A stretch of 64,000 nt of DNA from Fimbriimonadales bacterium (lineage in GTDB: Bacteria; Armatimonadota; Fimbriimonadia; Fimbriimonadales; ATM1), in assembly GCA_041744215.1 (NCBI GenBank), contig JBGTLG010000004.1, positions 47,637-111,636 of the forward strand, given 5' to 3'. Shown here one piece after another: positions 58,450 to 64,000 of this stretch (positions are counted from its first letter, which is position 1; each line of letters opens with the position of its first letter). The notes beneath the pieces were generated by a model. That model was given only the letters and a program-made list of their open reading frames with translations, was not told the DNA's origin and did not search any database. A program made the position numbers and the translations under genes.

Positions 58450-60465
58450 ATGATCGGCGCAACCTTGATGTTGGCTCTCCTCGGCGCGAGCCCGATGCCC
58501 CTCGACGAACCCCCTCCCAATCATCCGGACATCCCGAAACTGCCGAGCCAACTCTGGGCGATCGACAACCAAGGTAACGCCCGGATCGAGCTCGAACTCG
58601 AGGTCGTAAGGCCCCCTGTTCGGTTGCGGATACTCGAGCGCTATTGCACCAACACCTGCCTGGGGGGAAAGCACTTACTGCACGCGCAATGCGATGATTC
58701 TTGCGACGAGCGCTGCGGGGAAACTCATTGGGAAAACGTTCGTGCGGAGATGTGGCCAAGAGGACTTGATGACCTTCGGGCCTGGCGACTGCTCCAGGGC
58801 ACGATCGATGAGGGGCTCAACCAGTTCGGCTGCTTAGACATAGCGAAGCCGTTGAAGCGCAGCATCAAAGCAAAGATCGCCGAGACTTTGGGATTCACTG
58901 AGCAAGGGTCGCCGTGGGACTACGAATGGCACGAGAGGCATTGGACCTCCGCGCATTGCGCGACTCAAGGACGGGGCATCCGATTGTTCGTATACGAGAT
59001 AAAAGCGAAGTGGAACATTCACCGCTACGACACCGCGCCAGACGGTCGACAGATCAAGGTTCAGGGTCCGCAGGGCGAGTCAATTGTCGCAGAGATTCAG
59101 GTGCCGGATCAGCAGTCGCTTCTATATCGCGTGTGGGTCACTTGCCGCTGCTCTATCGTGCAGGATGAACTGGAAGAGACGGGCTACGTGCCTGCCCCCG
59201 AGATCCAAAGATTCGGTGAGGCAGAAGAGACAGGTGTGTGCATGGGCGAAGAAAAGCGCGCTCCGCAAGCGACACCAGCGCTTCTTGCTTCAGCAGACTT
59301 CAACGTTGTATGTGAGGACATGAACAATTGCACAGTGAGCGCAACAAATCCAACAGACGATCCATTGACTTTTGTTGTGCATCCCGGCACTCTGCTTGCG
59401 TCTGCCGATCCGAAGGTGCAAGACATGGCGGTTGCTTCCCGGATCGTGCTTACGATGGCGCCGCGATCGAGCGCGTCGGTATCGGTGCCGATGTCGCGCG
59501 GACCATTCGACTCGTTTTCGTGGACGACGGCAGCGACGGGACGAGTGTTGTGCTTAAACATGTTCAAGCGCGAGCCGGGCCCCGGCGACAAGTTTAGCGT
59601 CGCGCTTCCGAAAAGCAGCGTTGTCAATCAGTTGGCGCACTTCACCGCGAAGCAGCGGATTCGCGGGCCGTGGGATCAGGTTCGCATGTGGATCGTTACG
59701 GACAAAGCGCCCTTGTCGAAGATGTCTGAGGTGCTCATCCCGGGTCCGACTCCCGGCAGGTATCTCGACGCAATGTACGAAGCGCACACGAACACAGCTG
59801 CGGACCTGACATCGGACGAGTACAGCGCAGTTTGGGAGCCGCGTTTGATTTCTGGCGCGTCCGCCGATCCCGATGCGCTCGAATGGTTTGTGTTGCACAT
59901 GTCGCAGACTGATCCAAATGGTCTTGCAGCTTGGGTGAAAAGCAGCTTGGGCGAGTTCAGGAAGAACTTCGATGCAGACGCGCAGGACTTCGAGAAAGCG
60001 TTTGCGGCGTTGGTGCCGAGACTGCTGGGTGCGTCAGAACAAAAGCCGCTGCGCGGCGCGGCAGTTGCGTATCTGATGGGCGTTCCCGCGTCCTCTCGCG
60101 CGTCTGTCGCGGCTTTGGGCGGTCTTAGCGGATTGGGTTGGTGGCTCACCACTTCAGATGCAGACGCCGCCGCAGAGGCGTTGACTGTTCTCGAAGCGTA
60201 CAAAACGCCAGACACTGTTTTCTGGCTCGCGAATGTCTCGCCTCAGCTTCCGGAAGCGATCCGCTCACGCGCTGCCAAAGCGCTGATTGAAGGCATCGGA
60301 CAATCATCGCTTAGGTTGAAAAATGTTATCCCTCCACTGCTTGCCGTGGAGGGTACCGGTCCAGCCAATCTTCATATCGCAATCCATCTTCATCACTCCA
60401 CTTCGATTCCTCAAGCAAGTTCGCGCTCGACCACTTCCAATCCAACACAGTATCGCACAAACTAG
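58450..60465 (+). CDS. Large secreted protein: Cys-rich N-terminus, thioester-domain-like middle, helical C-terminus
   Basis: Signal-like N-terminus; VLCLN...P and DQVRMW motifs; last ~45 codons overlap the RAYT remnant. Confidence 0.75.
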   Translation: MIGATLMLALLGASPMPLDEPPPNHPDIPKLPSQLWAIDNQGNARIELELEVVRPPVRLRILERYCTNTCLGGKHLLHAQCDDSCDERCGETHWENVRAEMWPRGLDDLRAWRLLQGTIDEGLNQFGCLDIAKPLKRSIKAKIAETLGFTEQGSPWDYEWHERHWTSAHCATQGRGIRLFVYEIKAKWNIHRYDTAPDGRQIKVQGPQGESIVAEIQVPDQQSLLYRVWVTCRCSIVQDELEETGYVPAPEIQRFGEAEETGVCMGEEKRAPQATPALLASADFNVVCEDMNNCTVSATNPTDDPLTFVVHPGTLLASADPKVQDMAVASRIVLTMAPRSSASVSVPMSRGPFDSFSWTTAATGRVLCLNMFKREPGPGDKFSVALPKSSVVNQLAHFTAKQRIRGPWDQVRMWIVTDKAPLSKMSEVLIPGPTPGRYLDAMYEAHTNTAADLTSDEYSAVWEPRLISGASADPDALEWFVLHMSQTDPNGLAAWVKSSLGEFRKNFDADAQDFEKAFAALVPRLLGASEQKPLRGAAVAYLMGVPASSRASVAALGGLSGLGWWLTTSDADAAAEALTVLEAYKTPDTVFWLANVSPQLPEAIRSRAAKALIEGIGQSSLRLKNVIPPLLAVEGTGPANLHIAIHLHHSTSIPQASSRSTTSNPTQYRTN

Positions 60466-60896
60466 CCTTTACCGGATTGCAATGGATGTAGGCAAGCTTT
60501 TGAAAGAAAAACCTCTCTTTGTCAATCAACAATCCGCGAAAGATTCTGTGCCAGAACACTCGGTCATTGAGGCCGCGTTGTGCATCGAATCCACGTTCCA
60601 CACTCCAGTCCAGCTATAACTGGAACTTGCGCGCGGATATTGACTTTAGCGCACGAACAAAGGAAGAAATGTGCATGCCTTCTGGAAGCCTCAACTTGAA
60701 GTGAATGTGATGAGGCATGACCACGAATGCATGTAGAAGCGCTACAAGTTTTGAGTGAACCTCGAACAAAACGTTGACCATCTCGTCCGACAAATGAGTG
60801 TTGCGAAACACAGCCACGAAATCGAGCACGGTTGTCGTAACAAAAAACGGTAGAGCCTCCGTCTCCAAAGTTCTTTCAGTGGCGGTATCGTGGCAT
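60326..60896 (-). pseudogene. REP-associated tyrosine transposase (RAYT, IS200/Y1 family) pseudogene
   Basis: FFVTT, FVVMPHHIH (HUH), FWHR, YIHCNPVKA, WKWSS motifs; in-frame TAG at 60614-60616; ATG 60896 reads MPRYRH* out of frame. Confidence 0.88.
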
Positions 60897-61075
60897 CGAA
60901 TTGGGTGTTCGACGCGAGGCTCGCCCCATCCTGTATGCCCAGAGACGCGGAACCGAGGTCAGCCCCTATTCTCCATGGCAGGCGGTCGAGGGATAGAAGT
61001 GCGCCCCACGAGGCGCTTGCCCCAACACACGACGACGTCGACACATTCTCTGGATTTACAGCCTATAATGTTGAT

Positions 61076-62275
61076 ATGAAGGGCGTGCTGGCAGGTGCGC
61101 TGCTGATGCTCGCATGCGCGGGCGGGGCTAACGACGGCTGGTGGGCGGCTACCGGCGCGGCGGAGGGATTCGGCAAGCACGAACACGTGCAGATGGTTTC
61201 GGAGTCGATTCTCATCAAGCTGAATAAGCGGTCGGCTTCAGTCGAAGTAGATTTCGTGTTCAAGAACCACGGCCCCACTACGACGGTGACTATGGGTTTC
61301 CCAGAGAAACACTCTGGCCCGATTACGGGTGCATTAGAGAACTTCAGGAGTTGGGTAGACGGCAAGGAGGTTACCGTGCGGCGCAAGGTCCTGGAGGCCG
61401 ACGACGAGGAGCGTGTCTGGAGCGCTGTTTGGCTCAAGGAAGTCGCGTTCGTCGAAGGACAAGTCTGCAGAGTACGCGTAACATACGACGCCGACTATTC
61501 AGGTAACACGATGGGCCATGGCTCCCTCACGTATATTCTGAGAACCGGCGCTACGTGGCGCGGTCCGATTGAGACGTGCCGGATCATCGTCGACTGGAGC
61601 GAGTGGGAATACGGCCCGCCCGATTTGCTGTTTACCGATCGCGACCGGGCGAGGGAAGGTGCGTGGATGAGAACGGAGAGGCGGGGGCGGGAAATCTCGC
61701 TTGAGGAAATTGTTCCCGACTTCGACCTGTCGATCGAGTTCGTTCCGGCATTCTGGAATTTCACTGTCAACGGCGAGAGGGTGTCGACAACGGCCTTCTT
61801 GGATCTCATCGGCAGTCCGCAAGATCCGCTCATCCCCGTAGACGCGCTGACAACGTATGGCGGTTTTTTCGGCGCATATGATGAAGAGGGGAGCTGGAAC
61901 TGGTGGACACATCCGGTTGTAGAGAAACTGGGTGGCGAGTTTGACATGGTCGGAAGGACGCTGCAGTTTGGAGACGGCCGGACACGGCAACTGGCGCGAG
62001 AGCCGGTAAGGAAGGAGTTCGAGCGCTGGCACAAGGAGATGGACTACGTGTACCTGAAGGACGTAGTTGAGGCATTAGGTGGGAAGTATCGCTACGACCC
62101 GGACCTCGAAGAGGTGGCGATCACGTTCGACGAACCCGAGAAGATCCTGGACGCCGCCACCCTGCCGAAGGAAGCGACAGAAGACCCGCAGTCTCGTGTC
62201 CGGATAGTGCTCTTTGCTCTCTTGGGCGCCGCTGTGTTGACGGTCTTGCTGCGACTTACGAGGAGATTTGGATGA
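61076..62275 (+). CDS. Secreted, C-terminally anchored DUF4424-like protein
   Basis: Signal peptide; MVSESI.I, F.FKN, MGFPE, YILRTGATWRGPI motifs; C-terminal TM plus RLTRR. Confidence 0.75.
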   Translation: MKGVLAGALLMLACAGGANDGWWAATGAAEGFGKHEHVQMVSESILIKLNKRSASVEVDFVFKNHGPTTTVTMGFPEKHSGPITGALENFRSWVDGKEVTVRRKVLEADDEERVWSAVWLKEVAFVEGQVCRVRVTYDADYSGNTMGHGSLTYILRTGATWRGPIETCRIIVDWSEWEYGPPDLLFTDRDRAREGAWMRTERRGREISLEEIVPDFDLSIEFVPAFWNFTVNGERVSTTAFLDLIGSPQDPLIPVDALTTYGGFFGAYDEEGSWNWWTHPVVEKLGGEFDMVGRTLQFGDGRTRQLAREPVRKEFERWHKEMDYVYLKDVVEALGGKYRYDPDLEEVAITFDEPEKILDAATLPKEATEDPQSRVRIVLFALLGAAVLTVLLRLTRRFG

Positions 62276-62281
62276 GGCTGG

Positions 62282-62348
62282 CGGCAGGGTGGCCGGAGTG
62301 ACGGATGACGAGAACTGATATGCGTGAAAGAGGGTGGCACAGGCAGAT
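62282..62348 (+). repeat. Dispersed REP-like repeat, copy 2
   Basis: CGGCAGGGTGGCCGGAGTGA...GTGAAAGAGGGTGGCACAGGCAGAT. Confidence 0.6.
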
Positions 62349-62394
62349 GCGTTGGATCGGCGAGATCCAATGTGGCCTTCTCGTGCATCTGCGG

Positions 62395-63186
62395 ATGAAC
62401 GCCGTTGCGCACACGCAGTACGGCTTGGGCGCGCGGGGGATCGATTGGATTCGCAACAAAGTCGGCAGCGATCCGGAGACCGTCGTGTTCCCGATTTATG
62501 ATGGGCATGGGAACATGATCTACACGCTCAAACGCGACGGCACTGATGATTATCTGCTCGGCAACAAACGCATCTACGGCGCATGGGGAGGCCTAAGACA
62601 CGACAGCAATCCCGGTGACGGACCCAACACGCAGTACGTCGGAAACCTCGGACACAAGAAAGACAATGAATCCGGCCTCACCTACATGCGCGCTCGCTAC
62701 TACGAGCCATGGACGGGACGATTCATCAGCGAAGACCCGGCGAGGGACGGATGGAATTGGTTCGCATATTGTTCAAACGAGCCGATTGGCCGATCCGATC
62801 CGACGGGCCTGAGGAGCTTTTTGGATAATGCATTCGCAGTCATCGGCATGATACTAGCAATCGCCGCCTTGCGAGTCTGGTTGAAGGACCCCCTTCATCG
62901 ATACTATAATGGCTACGATGTCGCTTCTGGACATTTTTTCGGACTCGCCTCAACTTTTTTCTTCGCACTTGCAGCTTTCACCGCCGATGAGACGGTTAAT
63001 CAACAGCGCCTTCAGTTGGCCGCTGTCTTCGTGCTCGGGTATCAACTGGTTGTTGCCGGCATGACCCTCGGAGCGAAGACTGCTTCGAAGTCCCATGCTT
63101 TCGCGGCTGCGATCGCAGCCTATGCCTATGGCCTCTGGTTGATAGGCGAGATTGTTTCACAAGATGTCCGTGACATGTTCGAGTAA
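62395..63186 (+). CDS. Orphan Rhs core fragment with hydrophobic C-terminal toxin domain
   Basis: YDGHGN, GLTYMRARYYEPWTGRFISEDP, NWFAYCSNEP...DPTG, then ~125 aa with 3-4 hydrophobic helices; N-terminal Rhs repeats absent; start uncertain. Confidence 0.85.
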   Translation: MNAVAHTQYGLGARGIDWIRNKVGSDPETVVFPIYDGHGNMIYTLKRDGTDDYLLGNKRIYGAWGGLRHDSNPGDGPNTQYVGNLGHKKDNESGLTYMRARYYEPWTGRFISEDPARDGWNWFAYCSNEPIGRSDPTGLRSFLDNAFAVIGMILAIAALRVWLKDPLHRYYNGYDVASGHFFGLASTFFFALAAFTADETVNQQRLQLAAVFVLGYQLVVAGMTLGAKTASKSHAFAAAIAAYAYGLWLIGEIVSQDVRDMFE

Positions 63187-63207
63187 AAGAGGACTCCGAG
63201 ATCCAAT

Positions 63208-63588
63208 ATGCTTCTTGCGCTACTAATCTTGCTTTTTCCACTCGTAACGATGGGCACTTTCGTGTTCCTGAGAATCGACAAGCGAATTCTGTCCCTAAGT
63301 CCGGAAACACGGCTCGCCTCGAAGAAGATCATAGAGGAGTACGAGCGAACTGTGCTTCAGGGCCTGCTCATTCTCGCTTTCGGTGGAGCACTCGCTGCTG
63401 TTTTCGTTGCAGTCTCGAAACTCTACATCTGGGCGGAGCTCGCAGCTGTTGGAGTTGCAACTGTCGCCTGCCTCTTATCAATCGCGAAGTGGTGGTGGCG
63501 CGGAGGGGGCATCGCTGCCCTCTTTCGCTTGCTGGATAGCCAGGAGGTTATCGAGGCGCCGGGTCCGATCGACGAGGTTGACAAGTGA
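63208..63588 (+). CDS. Small membrane protein, putative immunity protein
   Basis: AGAGGA RBS; 3 TM; immediately downstream of the Rhs toxin. Confidence 0.65.
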   Translation: MLLALLILLFPLVTMGTFVFLRIDKRILSLSPETRLASKKIIEEYERTVLQGLLILAFGGALAAVFVAVSKLYIWAELAAVGVATVACLLSIAKWWWRGGGIAALFRLLDSQEVIEAPGPIDEVDK

Positions 63589-63654
63589 AGAAAGTGAAAG
63601 AGACTTGCAGTGAAAACAATTCTAAGTGGCATGGATGGCGGGCGATCTGCTCGT

Positions 63655-63689
63655 CAATGGTTCGGCAGGGTGGCCTGAGCGAAACGATG
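63655..63689 (+). repeat. Dispersed REP-like repeat, copy 3
   Basis: CAATGGTTCGGCAGGGTGGCCTGAGCGAAACGATG; 13 nt identical to copy 2. Confidence 0.55.
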
Positions 63690-63872
63690 CAAAAGAATGA
63701 AAGAAACTATCGGCAGAAACAAGCTTGGGTGCCAAGGGTGGTGGGCGAATAGCAACTCGCTCGATCGGCACTCAACGGCATTTCGTACATGAACGGCCTT
63801 TCCCACCACCCGTGAATTCAGACGAATTGCGATTGAACAAAATCACAACAAGGTAAACGAATGAGGAAACGG

Positions 63873-64000
63873 ATGAAACAACTGACACTTGCAATCGCAG
63901 CCTTCGCGCTGACTTGCGCCGCAACGGCGCAGGGCTTTTTCACCATAGAGATTCCAACCGACGCCACAAACGGCATCAACGAACGCAAAGCGGCCCCAAC
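63873..64000 (+). CDS. 5' end of a secreted protein (partial)
   Basis: GAGG RBS; MKQLTLAIAAFALTCAATA signal peptide; open to the window end. Confidence 0.7.
   Translation, partial: MKQLTLAIAAFALTCAATAQGFFTIEIPTDATNGINERKAAP

Noticed and set aside
50868-60616. Amber recoding or pyrrolysine, suggested by two genes with in-frame TAG (50868, 60614)
   Set aside because: TAG is an ordinary stop for nrdR, uvrA, nuoN and others; no pyl genes or suppressor tRNA seen; the RAYT gene has additional lesions
62305-62394. N-terminal 30 codons of the Rhs ORF in the ORF track
   Set aside because: Overlaps the REP-like repeat and has no Rhs similarity; likely non-coding
49524-64000. Prophage or integrative element explanation for the accessory region
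   Set aside because: No integrase, phage structural, conjugation or intact transposase genes, and no att-like terminal repeats seen within the window

Overview
A 64-kb bacterial chromosome segment with moderately high GC. Gene style (prepilin/H-X9-DG protein, orphan Rhs 'GARGID' core, secreted proteins with a shared C-terminal domain) suggests Armatimonadota (Fimbriimonadia-like); this is an inference. Positions ~1-49.5 kb are mostly housekeeping: Kef-type antiporter, nrdR-nrdJ (with NrdR boxes and a DnaA-box-like array), MscS, a DprE2/DprE1-like pair, speE, peptidases, a partial complex I operon (nuoG-H-J-K-L-M-[UROD-like]-N), mlaE, araB, tRNA-Leu(TAG), ribF and uvrA. Positions ~49.5-64 kb are an accessory patchwork: a 21-bp tandem palindromic array plus REP-like hairpins ahead of an amber-interrupted helical-bundle/FN3-like gene, a PD-(D/E)xK nuclease pair, DinB proteins, an ECF sigma/anti-sigma/beta-propeller module, a thioester-domain-like secreted protein, a RAYT transposase pseudogene, and an orphan Rhs toxin-immunity pair bracketed by a dispersed repeat. 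Best leads: the 21-bp array locus (50391-51466), a candidate sigma54-driven structured small RNA (43000-43162), a shared 152-aa C-terminal domain on two unrelated secreted proteins, and pervasive leaderless promoters. All calls come from motif reading by eye; no database searches were run.
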